Positions 44,069-53,126 of a stretch of DNA of 64,000 bases are shown in pieces; the stretch's first letter is position 1, and each line of letters opens with the position of its first letter. Both the position numbers and the translations under genes were made by a program. Source of the stretch: an uncultured bacterium (GTDB lineage: Bacteria; Patescibacteriota; JABMPQ01; CAVVCK01); the NCBI GenBank assembly GCA_963746775.1, contig CAVVCK010000001.1, positions 211,050 to 275,049 of the forward strand, read 5' to 3'. The notes beneath the pieces are model-generated. The model was not told the origin of the DNA. It worked only from the letters and a program-made list of their open reading frames with translations, and searched no databases.

Positions 44069-44126
44069 TAGATTATAATAAAGAAATAAATAAACTAAAT
44101 TAGGAAGTTTGGGGATACTAAAAAAT

Positions 44127-44152
44127 AGCGCAAATATAAAAAGCGCTTTTTC
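44127..44152. promoter_or_regulatory. Hairpin AGCGC-N11-GCGCT with flanking A/T runs in the rpoB leader region
   Basis: Seen in sequence; possible attenuator-like structure roughly 75 nt upstream of rpoB. Confidence 0.25.
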
Positions 44153-44313
44153 TGATGTAAATTATTTAACAAAAAAGGAAGGCGATATTACTTTTCGCAT
44201 GCTTATATAATATATAAAATAAAAAATGTGTCAATAAAAAAATAATACTATTTCCCAAAAGTAAAATTATGTGATAAAAATACCTTAAATTTCTAATTAC
44301 TAATTACTAATAA

Positions 44314-45288
44314 ATGACTAAAACTCAATATAAAATTTCTAATAATAACTTACCTCCGCTTATTGTTATTCTAGGACCTACCAGCTCTGGCAAAACCAGC
44401 CTTTCTTTGAAATTGGCTAAAAAGTATAATGGAGAAATTGTATCAGCTGATTCTAGACAGATTTATAGAGAAATGGATATAGCTACTGGTAAAATTAGAA
44501 TCGAGAATCATGAATCGAGAATCATGAATCAAGACATCGATAAATTTTATTATGGCGATGTAAATAGCATACCCCACTACATGATCGATATAATAAATCC
44601 TGACACAGAATATTCAGTGGCAAATTATAAAAGAGACACTCTAAAAGTAATTAATGATATTTTGAATAGAGGTAAGGTTCCTTTTCTAGTTGGTGGTACT
44701 GGATTATATATTAAGACCCTAGTTGATAATTTAAATATCCCTAAAGTGAAGTCTGATATGGCTCTAAGAAAAAAGTTAGATGCTATGAGTAAGGAAAAAT
44801 TATTTTCTATTCTTAAAAAATTAGATCCCGAGGGTGCAAGAAGAATAGATAAAAATAATAAAAGAAGACTGATTAGAGCTATCGAGATCTGTAAACAGAC
44901 TGGCCAGAAATATTCCGAACAAAATAAAAAGGGCAAACAATTATTTAATGCCCTACAAATTGGAATAAAACTGCCCAGGAAAAAACTTTATAAAAAAATT
45001 GATAAGCGCGTTGATGAAATGCTAGGGAAAGGATTAATTAATGAGACTAAAAAATTAATGAAAAAATATCCATCCAATTTACCTGCTATGTCTGGCATTG
45101 GATATAAAGAAATAGAGGAATATTTAAATAAGAAAATAACTTTAAAAGAAGCTATTCAAAAAATAAAATATAGGACTCATCAATATGTTAGGAGACAAGA
45201 TACTTGGTTTTTGAAGAATAAAAGGATCAAATGGGTAGAAAATTATAAGGAAGCTGAAAAACTAGTGAAAATATTTTCAGACAAATAA
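44314..45288 (+). CDS. miaA: tRNA dimethylallyltransferase
   Basis: 324 aa; P-loop GPTSSGKTSLS, DSRQIYREMDIATGK motif; contains an insertion built from GAATCNN heptamer repeats (44498-44538). Confidence 0.85.
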   Translation: MTKTQYKISNNNLPPLIVILGPTSSGKTSLSLKLAKKYNGEIVSADSRQIYREMDIATGKIRIENHESRIMNQDIDKFYYGDVNSIPHYMIDIINPDTEYSVANYKRDTLKVINDILNRGKVPFLVGGTGLYIKTLVDNLNIPKVKSDMALRKKLDAMSKEKLFSILKKLDPEGARRIDKNNKRRLIRAIEICKQTGQKYSEQNKKGKQLFNALQIGIKLPRKKLYKKIDKRVDEMLGKGLINETKKLMKKYPSNLPAMSGIGYKEIEEYLNKKITLKEAIQKIKYRTHQYVRRQDTWFLKNKRIKWVENYKEAEKLVKIFSDK

Positions 45289-45291
45289 AAA

Positions 45292-45318
45292 ACACAAGAC
45301 TGTAGTCTCGTGTTTTTT
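45292..45318. terminator. Bidirectional terminator hairpin ACACAAGAC-TGTA-GTCTCGTGT with T-runs on both strands between miaA and 45336..46382
   Basis: Seen in sequence. Confidence 0.5.
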
Positions 45319-45335
45319 CAATTAATCAGGAATAT

Positions 45336-46382
45336 CTACGGAAGAGGATTATCAACTGTATAACTAATTGTAACACCACCTAACCGCATATCTGCACTCG
45401 AAGCACTAAAATTTACAAATATATAATAAGAATATTGGCTATTATCAATAATGGCATTAGAAATGGAAGTAGCTGAGGCCTCTCTCCATGATCCTAAATT
45501 AGTAGTAGGAACAATAGAGGCTATTGTCTCAGTAGTACTTTTATTATTACTTCTTGCTAACGCAAAATTCATATTCTCATCTGGTACGTTATTATAATAA
45601 TCTACTGTCATCCCCGTTATAATAGCTCCATTAGGAAAATCTACAGGCGACGAAAAAGAATCATCTGTTGTACTAAGAACACCACTTGCTTTAGCATAAG
45701 TATCAGTCTCATTATTAGGTATAAAGCCATACCCGGAAACAGATAAATACCTCGTCTGTGCAGAATTATAAGAATAAGAAGCTGCAGTTATATTAGAATT
45801 ATCAGCAATTTTATCACCAGTTACAGCATCATCAGCAAGCCTAGCAGTATTTATCCCTCCATCAGCTACTGATACAATAGCATCACCAGAAGATCCATTA
45901 GATACAGAAATACCATCACCAGCTAAAACTGAAGTAATATCACCAACAGTAACTGTACTAGTATCATCACTATTATTGGCTAAGGTTAGAGTTCCAGTTA
46001 TCTGCACATCATCATTAATAATAAAAGGCATATCATCTCCCAGGCCTGGTCCATAGTTCAAACCACGAAATACACGGCCATCTATTCTGACATTATCACC
46101 AAAGGTAACAGGATTATCCACACCATCATTAGTAGTACTATTTACAATAGTACCATTAAAGAAAGTAACACCACCTGTACCCTGTTTACCAATATAAACA
46201 GAATTAAAGCGACCAGTATTATTAACTACCAACTCTTCATTGTAAGTAATACTAGAGGCAGGTTGTAATTGGCTTATGGTTGAAGTAGCTTGGTCTATTC
46301 CACTAAGTGTGGCAGCCGAAGCTGAACCTATGGTAGCCAACAAGCCCAAAGTTACTGCTATAACAAAAGCTAATTTTTTCAT
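45336..46382 (-). CDS. Secreted tail-fibre-like protein (paralog 3)
   Basis: Signal peptide MKKLAFVIAVTLGLLATIGSASA; conserved module IGKQGTGGVTFFNGTIVNSTTNDGVDNPVTFGDNVRIDG; INTARLADDAVTGDKIADNS repeat; divergent C-terminal domain. Confidence 0.55.
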   Translation of the reverse strand: MKKLAFVIAVTLGLLATIGSASAATLSGIDQATSTISQLQPASSITYNEELVVNNTGRFNSVYIGKQGTGGVTFFNGTIVNSTTNDGVDNPVTFGDNVRIDGRVFRGLNYGPGLGDDMPFIINDDVQITGTLTLANNSDDTSTVTVGDITSVLAGDGISVSNGSSGDAIVSVADGGINTARLADDAVTGDKIADNSNITAASYSYNSAQTRYLSVSGYGFIPNNETDTYAKASGVLSTTDDSFSSPVDFPNGAIITGMTVDYYNNVPDENMNFALARSNNKSTTETIASIVPTTNLGSWREASATSISNAIIDNSQYSYYIFVNFSASSADMRLGGVTISYTVDNPLP

Positions 46383-46449
46383 TATTTTTTTATTTTATTA
46401 ATTAATTATTTTTATTATAACACATACGTATTTGAAAAGTTATCCACAA

Positions 46450-48573
46450 TTAATTTAATAAATCCTTCTTAATATTCTCTGCTACTTTAAACCCTATTAT
46501 TTTACCTAAAGTTTGATTATCAACTTTTCTTATATCAGACGGTTTTTTAATTCCAGTATTAAATAATTTTCTGGCTCTTACTCGACCAATATTTTTAATT
46601 TTAACTAATGGTAATAATTCTTCTCTAATTCCATAAAGTATCCTCGTTCTCATTTTCCGTAACTCTTTGCTCCATAAAAATCCCGGCAGCATTCTACTAA
46701 ATTCAGTGGCAGCATAGAAAAGCCAATCGAGAGTTTCAATCCTAGCTCGCAGTTCTCCCGGAGTCATCCCAAATTTCTCTAACAGAAAATCCTCTGACCT
46801 TTCATCAATCCACTCAGAAAATAATTGAGCAGTCTTAATACCTTCTAAATAATTTCCATACTCTTCAGAAAAAGTATCCGGTGCACTTTGTAGTAACCAG
46901 GGTTCTTCTTTTAGTAAAGCTTTCTCTATCCACTTCCAATCTTTTTTATTAATATGCAGCAGGGGAGAAGCCTCTACGCAACCTGACATCATATGTAGCC
47001 AAGCAAAATCAGAAATTGCTTCTCTGCTTGAAGCTTTTTGAAAATTAAATATTATATGATTAGCCGATACCGGATCAATATACAATTCTGAGACTCTCTT
47101 GCCTATTTTTGTAGGGGATAAACCTGTCTGGTCTCTACAAATAAATCCGAATTGTTCTAATTGCTCTAATATACTATCTAAATTTTCTTCAAAAGAATAC
47201 ATATCAGTCGCTTGATGAGCTAAAAATGTTTTCTCAAAAAATCCTGATAAATCTTCTCTGGTTTTTATAACTTCCCCAGCAATTAGAGCTAATACATGAG
47301 TACGCAAAATCGATGGATCCCCTAACTGAGAATTTATCTTTTCTGTTTCTCCATTGATATAATTTTCCCAAATATAATCTGTATCTCGATCATTTTTAGC
47401 CACTAAAATAGCTTGCCCTTCGCTATCATATTGAGGTCTACCCGCCCGACCACACATTTGTTCCACATCCATCACTGGAATCCAAGCCATACCATAACCC
47501 ATGCTAAATCGCTTTAGATCTCGAATTATAACTCTCGAAGCTGGTAGATTCACTCCCCAGGCTAGCGTTGGTGTCGAAACAATAATTTTTATTTTTTTAT
47601 TTTTAAAACTATCTTCTACTAATTTTTTTTGATTATATAATAATCCTGCATGATGAAAAGCTGTACCCATTCTAATACACTTAGCTAATCTTCTACATTG
47701 TTTACTAGATTTTTCTAATGATCTTTGAGCCGTTCCAGCAATCTTTTCTAATTCTTGATTTCCATCTAATTTCAAATTTTCTACTACAATTTGACCAAAC
47801 TGCTCAGCCGCACTTTCCGCATTTCTTCTTGAGGAAACAAACACTAGGGCTTGCTTACCTTGCTCGACTGTATCCTTTATTAAACCAAAAATACCTTCCT
47901 CTCTAATATTCATCGTATATTCCGGTTTGAAATCTACTACCTTACCATAAGACACACCTTTATATAATTTTACCGGTCGCCAGTCGGATTTTATTGGTTT
48001 AGCCGATAACCACGAAGCTAGCTCTTCATAATTACTAATAGTAGCAGATAGGCCCAAAACTTCTGGTGAAATTTTCTGGCGAAGTCTAGTTAAAACCATT
48101 TCTAGTGTTGCCCCTCGCCCGGAAGTGCCCAATAAATGAATTTCATCAACAATAACTAATCCGATGTCACTAATCCATTCTAACCCATGCCGCAACAGTG
48201 AATCTAGTTTCTCTGAAGTACAAATAATTAAATCAAAATTAGCTAACCAAGTTTCACCTCGATCATAATCGCCAATAGACATAGCCACTCGTAAACCAAG
48301 TGATTCATATTTTTTCTTAAAATCTTCAAATTTCTCTGAAGCTAGGGCCTTAAGGGGCATAATAAAAACAACTTTTTTGCCCCGCCGAACTGCATTCAAA
48401 GTAGCAATTTCCGCTATTAATGTTTTACCAGAAGCAGTTGAAGCTGAGACGACTTGATTCGCACTATCCAGCAAACCATTATCAACTGCTAATTGCTGCA
48501 CTGGATTAAGCTTAGCAAAACCAGATCTTTTTAATATTTCCGGAACTATATTTTCACTATCTAAATTTTGCAT
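46450..48573 (-). CDS. Ski2/Hel308-like superfamily 2 DNA helicase with C-terminal helix-hairpin-helix domain
   Basis: 707 aa; Walker A ASTASGKT, DEIH box, Ski2-type motif VI QMCGRAGRPQYDSEG, C-terminal HhH (..NIGRVRARKLFNTGIKKPSDI..); length and architecture match archaeal Hel308. Confidence 0.6.
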   Translation of the reverse strand: MQNLDSENIVPEILKRSGFAKLNPVQQLAVDNGLLDSANQVVSASTASGKTLIAEIATLNAVRRGKKVVFIMPLKALASEKFEDFKKKYESLGLRVAMSIGDYDRGETWLANFDLIICTSEKLDSLLRHGLEWISDIGLVIVDEIHLLGTSGRGATLEMVLTRLRQKISPEVLGLSATISNYEELASWLSAKPIKSDWRPVKLYKGVSYGKVVDFKPEYTMNIREEGIFGLIKDTVEQGKQALVFVSSRRNAESAAEQFGQIVVENLKLDGNQELEKIAGTAQRSLEKSSKQCRRLAKCIRMGTAFHHAGLLYNQKKLVEDSFKNKKIKIIVSTPTLAWGVNLPASRVIIRDLKRFSMGYGMAWIPVMDVEQMCGRAGRPQYDSEGQAILVAKNDRDTDYIWENYINGETEKINSQLGDPSILRTHVLALIAGEVIKTREDLSGFFEKTFLAHQATDMYSFEENLDSILEQLEQFGFICRDQTGLSPTKIGKRVSELYIDPVSANHIIFNFQKASSREAISDFAWLHMMSGCVEASPLLHINKKDWKWIEKALLKEEPWLLQSAPDTFSEEYGNYLEGIKTAQLFSEWIDERSEDFLLEKFGMTPGELRARIETLDWLFYAATEFSRMLPGFLWSKELRKMRTRILYGIREELLPLVKIKNIGRVRARKLFNTGIKKPSDIRKVDNQTLGKIIGFKVAENIKKDLLN

Positions 48574-48620
48574 AGAAAATTATATTGTAGTACCAGCCTC
48601 TCTAGACTGGCATATTTAAA

Positions 48621-48666
48621 AATTAAATTAAAAATCTCTTGCTAGGTTCTCATTATAACAAGAGAT
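48621..48666 (-). terminator. Rho-independent terminator ATCTCTTG-N17-CAAGAGAT followed by T-run (minus strand) after gatB
   Basis: Seen in sequence. Confidence 0.55.
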
Positions 48667-48693
48667 ATAAAAATTAAAATGTTAATTACTTTA

Positions 48694-50208
48694 TTATTCA
48701 GCCAGCTTTTCCTTTAAAATTTTAGCAGCCACCGCTGGATCAGCTTTTCCTTTCGTTCCCGCCATTACCTTACCGATTAAAGCCTGAATAGCATTTCCAT
48801 TACCAGCCTTATAATCTGCTACTGGTTTTTCGTTATCACGTATAACTTTTTCAATTATTTGATCTAACTCTCCTTCATCACTTACCTGAGATAAACCTTG
48901 TTCTTCAACAACTTGCGATGGATCAGAGCCTTTCTCAAACATAATTTTTAAAACATCTTGTGCTACCTTACTGCCTATTTTATTAGTATAAAGTAGAGAG
49001 ATCAGTTCAGCAAAATTTTCCGGAGTTACTTTGCAATCGGCTATATCCTGGCCAGATTCATTTAATGAAGCTAGCAGCTTTGAAGAAAGCCAGCCAGAAA
49101 TTAATTTAGCTAATTTAAAATATTCTTCCTCAGGCATATCACTTTTTCCTTCTCTGCTTGTGTACCATTCTCTAGCTTCACTTAAAGAATTTTCAAAAAA
49201 ATCTGCTAATAAGATACTAGAAGTTAAAACCTGAACTTCTTTTTCATTTAATTTAAATTGTTCTATAAATCTTTTTTCTTTTTCTTTTGGCAATTCTGGT
49301 AAATCTTTTTTTAATTTTTCTAAATAATTTTTATTAAATTCGAAGTAGGGGAGATCTGGTTCTGGAAAATACCTATAATCTGCTGCCCCTTCTTTAGTTC
49401 TCATCTCTACTGTTTCTCTCAAGGCATCAACCCAACCTCTCGTTGCTTGCACACTTGGAATATTACCCTCTTCCCACATACCTTCTTGCCTCTTTAATTC
49501 ATAAACTAACGCCTCATAAACAGCCTTAAACGAGTTTATGTTTTTTATTTCCGTCTTTGGATATAATTTTTCTTCACCTTGCGGTCGCAGTGATATATTA
49601 GCATCGCAACGCAATTGCCCTTTTTCCATATCAGCGTTAGAAACGTTTAAATAGCGTAATAATTTTCTTAATTCTTGTAAAAATAATTTAGCCTCCTCTG
49701 GATTTCTAAAACAAGGTTTGGTAACAATTTCCATTAAAGGTACTCCGCCTCTATTATAATCAACTAGACTTTCACCATTGTTAGAGTGCATTAATTTGCC
49801 CGCATCTTCTTCTAAATGAATTCTCTCTAGCTCTAGTTTTCTGACCTTATCACCTATTTTTATTTCTAATTCTCCACCATTACAAAGTGGCATATCATAC
49901 TGGGATATCTGATAGCCTTTGGGTAAATCCGGATAAAAATAATTTTTTCTATCAAATTTAGAAATGACAATATCATCTTCATTTTTTTTAGGCTTGCCAA
50001 TACTACAACCTAACGCCTGCCCTGTCATAATAGTCCAATCAATGGCTTGTTTATTAGCTCGCGGCAGAGTTCCTGGATGACCCATGCAAATAGGACAAAT
50101 ATTTGAATTTGGTTCTGCTTCTTTATTGGCACAGCTACAAAACATTTTCGATTTTGTTTTCAGCTGCACGTGAATTTCTAGGCCTATAATTGTTTCGTAT
50201 TTTGACAT
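48694..50208 (-). CDS. gatB: Asp-tRNA(Asn)/Glu-tRNA(Gln) amidotransferase subunit B
   Basis: 504 aa; N-terminus MSKYETIIGLEIHVQLKTKSKMFCSC, GatB catalytic and YqeY-like C-terminal domains. Confidence 0.9.
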   Translation of the reverse strand: MSKYETIIGLEIHVQLKTKSKMFCSCANKEAEPNSNICPICMGHPGTLPRANKQAIDWTIMTGQALGCSIGKPKKNEDDIVISKFDRKNYFYPDLPKGYQISQYDMPLCNGGELEIKIGDKVRKLELERIHLEEDAGKLMHSNNGESLVDYNRGGVPLMEIVTKPCFRNPEEAKLFLQELRKLLRYLNVSNADMEKGQLRCDANISLRPQGEEKLYPKTEIKNINSFKAVYEALVYELKRQEGMWEEGNIPSVQATRGWVDALRETVEMRTKEGAADYRYFPEPDLPYFEFNKNYLEKLKKDLPELPKEKEKRFIEQFKLNEKEVQVLTSSILLADFFENSLSEAREWYTSREGKSDMPEEEYFKLAKLISGWLSSKLLASLNESGQDIADCKVTPENFAELISLLYTNKIGSKVAQDVLKIMFEKGSDPSQVVEEQGLSQVSDEGELDQIIEKVIRDNEKPVADYKAGNGNAIQALIGKVMAGTKGKADPAVAAKILKEKLAE

Positions 50209-50213
50209 AAAAA

Positions 50214-50774
50214 TTAATTTATTTTATTTCTTATCTCTTTAAATATTTTATTATAATTCATCTTGCTAAAATCAGTCGTATCTATTTCCAAAATATCACC
50301 GCTAATATCTAGCTTCTTGTGCTTCCCTTTTAATAAAATATCTTTAAATTCATCGTAATTTTTATTATCAACATGACCAGGATGTCTTTCTACTGACTCA
50401 GATCTCTTTTTAAACCTTTCTAATAAAACACTATCTTCTGTCATACATAACATTTGTAAAATTTGAAAATTATATTTTGCTTTTAACTCTTCAAATTTTT
50501 TATTATCAAACTTTGGCTTAAAATTACTTTCAATAATAAAAGGTATATTAACTTTTAGTAATGACTCAATTAAATAATACAAAATACCATAACTCGTCCT
50601 ACCTAATTTCTTTGACCATTCTCTGTCGCTCCAACCTAAATTATCAAATAACAATTCCTTTATGCTATCTTTATTAATAAAGGGTATATTAAATTCTTTA
50701 GCTATTTTTTCTCCCAAAGTTGTTTTGCCGGTACAAGGTGGTCCTGAAATGATTATTAAAGAAGCCTGAGACAT
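50214..50774 (-). CDS. P-loop NTPase/kinase-family protein (predicted nucleotide or small-molecule kinase)
   Basis: 186 aa; Walker A ISGPPCTGKTTLGEKIA at the N-terminus and adenylate-kinase-like size; last gene before gatB in the thyA-folA-tmk operon. Confidence 0.4.
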   Translation of the reverse strand: MSQASLIIISGPPCTGKTTLGEKIAKEFNIPFINKDSIKELLFDNLGWSDREWSKKLGRTSYGILYYLIESLLKVNIPFIIESNFKPKFDNKKFEELKAKYNFQILQMLCMTEDSVLLERFKKRSESVERHPGHVDNKNYDEFKDILLKGKHKKLDISGDILEIDTTDFSKMNYNKIFKEIRNKIN

Positions 50775-50777
50775 AAA

Positions 50778-51491
50778 TTAAATTACTTTTCTAACTTCTT
50801 GCCAAACCTTTTCGTGTATATCTTTTTTACTTAATAATTTTTTATTTTCAATACAATTAATTAATTCCCAATATTTATATTTATTGCACAAGTATTTACT
50901 ATTTTTAACAACTTTTTTTTGATATTCAAAACTACTTTCATGCTTATCAATTTTTCTATTTTTATTTTCACTTGCTCGTCTTTCTAATAAATTTTTAGAA
51001 ATTTCTACTGGTACAAACAAATATATCATTAAGTCTGGTTTCGGCGATTTTAATATTTCATATTCAAATTTATTTATCCATTTTAAATATTCTTCTTTTT
51101 CTTCTTTATTATTTAATTTTGCTCCTTGATAAATTTCATTAGAAGCTACGTATCTATTAGTTAAAACTACTCTGCCTTCTTTTAAAGCTTTATCAATTTT
51201 TTCTCTATATAAAAAACGATCCAAGGCATAAGGAAAAGAAGAATAATAGGGATTTAATCTTTTGGGATCACCAAATTCTCCATATAAATATTTTTTTATA
51301 AATTTACCAAAAAAACTTTTGTATATAGGAAAATCCACTACAAAATAAGGTATTTTCTCTTTTTTAAACCTCTTTTTTAATAAATCCCATTGGGTTGTTT
51401 TACCCGAACCATCCGAGCCATCAATCACAATTAATTTTCCCTTATTCTTTTTCATTTTATTTAAATTTATCCGCCCAATCCGCATATTCAT
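50778..51491 (-). CDS. tmk: Thymidylate kinase (alternative start Met at 51455 likely)
   Basis: P-loop LIVIDGSDGSGKTT typical of dTMP kinase; the canonical N-terminus would begin at MKKNKGKLIVIDG (51455). Confidence 0.8.
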   Translation of the reverse strand: MNMRIGRINLNKMKKNKGKLIVIDGSDGSGKTTQWDLLKKRFKKEKIPYFVVDFPIYKSFFGKFIKKYLYGEFGDPKRLNPYYSSFPYALDRFLYREKIDKALKEGRVVLTNRYVASNEIYQGAKLNNKEEKEEYLKWINKFEYEILKSPKPDLMIYLFVPVEISKNLLERRASENKNRKIDKHESSFEYQKKVVKNSKYLCNKYKYWELINCIENKKLLSKKDIHEKVWQEVRKVI

Positions 51492-51500
51492 CCGCTTTAT
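51461..51500 (-). repeat. Four GCGGAT(A/T) direct repeats at the folA/tmk junction
   Basis: Minus-strand reads CGCGGATAA-AGCGGATGAAT-ATGCGGATTGG-GCGGATAAA; same core as the cluster upstream of rnj. Confidence 0.5.
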
Positions 51501-51973
51501 CCGCGTATTAATTCCAAAAATTTATACTTATAATTATCATCACCAGAATCACGTTCATAAACAACTTTGTTAAATTCAGAATAATCCGGAAAATAAGTAT
51601 CAGCATCAGACACGCTAGCTTCTACCTCAGTAATATACAGTTTATCAGCATAGGGAAGTGACAATTTATAAATCTGTCCCCCACCGATTACAAAAATTTC
51701 TTCGTCCATTTTTTTTGCTTCTTTCAAAACTTTTTCCAAAGAATATCTAGTTTCACAGCCCTTAGCTTTATAATTTTTATTCAAAGTTACCACGATATTT
51801 TTTCTATCAGGCAAGGGTTTTCCAATCGACTGAAAAGTCTTCTCACCCATTACTACCGTACGACCTCTAGTTACATCCCTAAATCTTTGCATGTCTTCTG
51901 GAATATCAAAAAGCAGCTGGTTTTTCCTACCAATTTCTCTATTTTTTCCTACAGCAACAATTATACTGATCAT
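51497..51973 (-). CDS. folA: Dihydrofolate reductase
   Basis: 158 aa; MISIIVAVGKNREIGRKNQLLFDIPEDMQRFRDVTRGRTVVMGEKTF DHFR N-terminal signature. Confidence 0.8.
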   Translation of the reverse strand: MISIIVAVGKNREIGRKNQLLFDIPEDMQRFRDVTRGRTVVMGEKTFQSIGKPLPDRKNIVVTLNKNYKAKGCETRYSLEKVLKEAKKMDEEIFVIGGGQIYKLSLPYADKLYITEVEASVSDADTYFPDYSEFNKVVYERDSGDDNYKYKFLELIRG

Positions 51974-52056
51974 AGATTTAATATTAGCAAAAGATTAAAC
52001 TGATTTAACAGATAAATAAAGATATTTTATTCTGTTTAATTTGCTAAATCTGCGGC

Positions 52057-52929
52057 CTATACTGCAATCTTAAATTTTATAGTCGGATAACTTTCATAAT
52101 TTAAAATCTCTGTATCATCAGCCTTCCAATCAAAAATTGAAGAAAAATTATCTGTTTTTATTTCCGGCAATGAATATTTTTCAGGATTCCGAGATAGTTG
52201 TTCTTTTAAACCATCAATATGATTTAAATAAATATGCGTATCACCCAAAAAACCTGTTAAAATTCCTTCTTCAAAACCACCCTCCAAAGCTAGCAGATGT
52301 AGGAGAGTAGCATAACTAGCAATATTAAAAGGAAGACCCAAAGCAATATCAACTGATCTCTGATTCCAAAGTAAATTTAACTTATCATTTATAACTACTA
52401 CCTGAAATCCGTAATGGCAAGGAGGCAGAGCCATTCTTTTTAAATCTAGCGGATTCCAAGCCATCACAATCATTCTGCGATCGGTAGGATTTTCTTTTAA
52501 TTTTTGAACTAAATCCCTTAACTGATCAACTCCTTTGCTCCTAGGATTTTTATCAAATGATTCATAATTTGCACCAAAATTTCTCCACTGATATCCATAA
52601 ATAGGTCCAAGCTCTCGCTCATTTGCCATTTTTTTCTTAGTTTCCTCATCAGTACCATAAGAAACCTTGTCAGGAGAACACCATTCATCCCAAATATGAT
52701 TATTCCGATCCTGAAGCCATTTCTTATCTGTAATACCTTTTATGAAAAATTCCAATTCTGAAGAAATTAAACGATAGGGTATTTTCTTAGTCGTTAACAA
52801 AGGAAAGCCCTGAGACATATCGTGTTGAAACATCATCCCCGGAATAGATATAGTACCCGTACCAGTCCGGTCTTCTTTTCTTTGCCCTTTTTCTAAAACT
52901 GTTTTGACAATACACAAATATTCCTTCAT
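52057..52929 (-). CDS. thyA: Thymidylate synthase
   Basis: 290 aa; conserved ThyA motifs (..RRMIVMAWNP..PPCHYGFQVVV.., DIALGLPFNIASYATLLHLLA). Confidence 0.9.
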   Translation of the reverse strand: MKEYLCIVKTVLEKGQRKEDRTGTGTISIPGMMFQHDMSQGFPLLTTKKIPYRLISSELEFFIKGITDKKWLQDRNNHIWDEWCSPDKVSYGTDEETKKKMANERELGPIYGYQWRNFGANYESFDKNPRSKGVDQLRDLVQKLKENPTDRRMIVMAWNPLDLKRMALPPCHYGFQVVVINDKLNLLWNQRSVDIALGLPFNIASYATLLHLLALEGGFEEGILTGFLGDTHIYLNHIDGLKEQLSRNPEKYSLPEIKTDNFSSIFDWKADDTEILNYESYPTIKFKIAV

Positions 52930-52982
52930 TTTTTATTTTTATTATTCACCTAACATATATACGTATATAATTGCGTACGGCA

Positions 52983-52990
52983 TTATACAT
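52983..52990 (-). promoter_or_regulatory. Extended -10 element TGTATAAT upstream of thyA
   Basis: Seen in sequence roughly 55 nt upstream of thyA start; followed by CGTACG-containing segment. Confidence 0.3.
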
Positions 52991-53019
52991 AATTGATTTA
53001 CCCAAAAAATATTCCTGCA

Positions 53020-53123
53020 CCCCCCCCCTCGTACAGATAGGTTTCAAACCTGTCTCAACTACATTTCAAACCTGTCTCAACTACATTTCAAACCTGTCTC
53101 AAGAAATACAGGTTTAATACCTG
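53020..53123. repeat. C9 homopolymer, palindrome AGGTTTCAAACCT, 2.8 tandem copies of a 22-bp unit TTTCAAACCTGTCTCAACTACA (53042-53103) and palindrome ACAGGTTTAATACCTGT
   Basis: Seen in sequence in the rplA-thyA intergenic region. Confidence 0.8.
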
Positions 53124-53126
53124 TAT

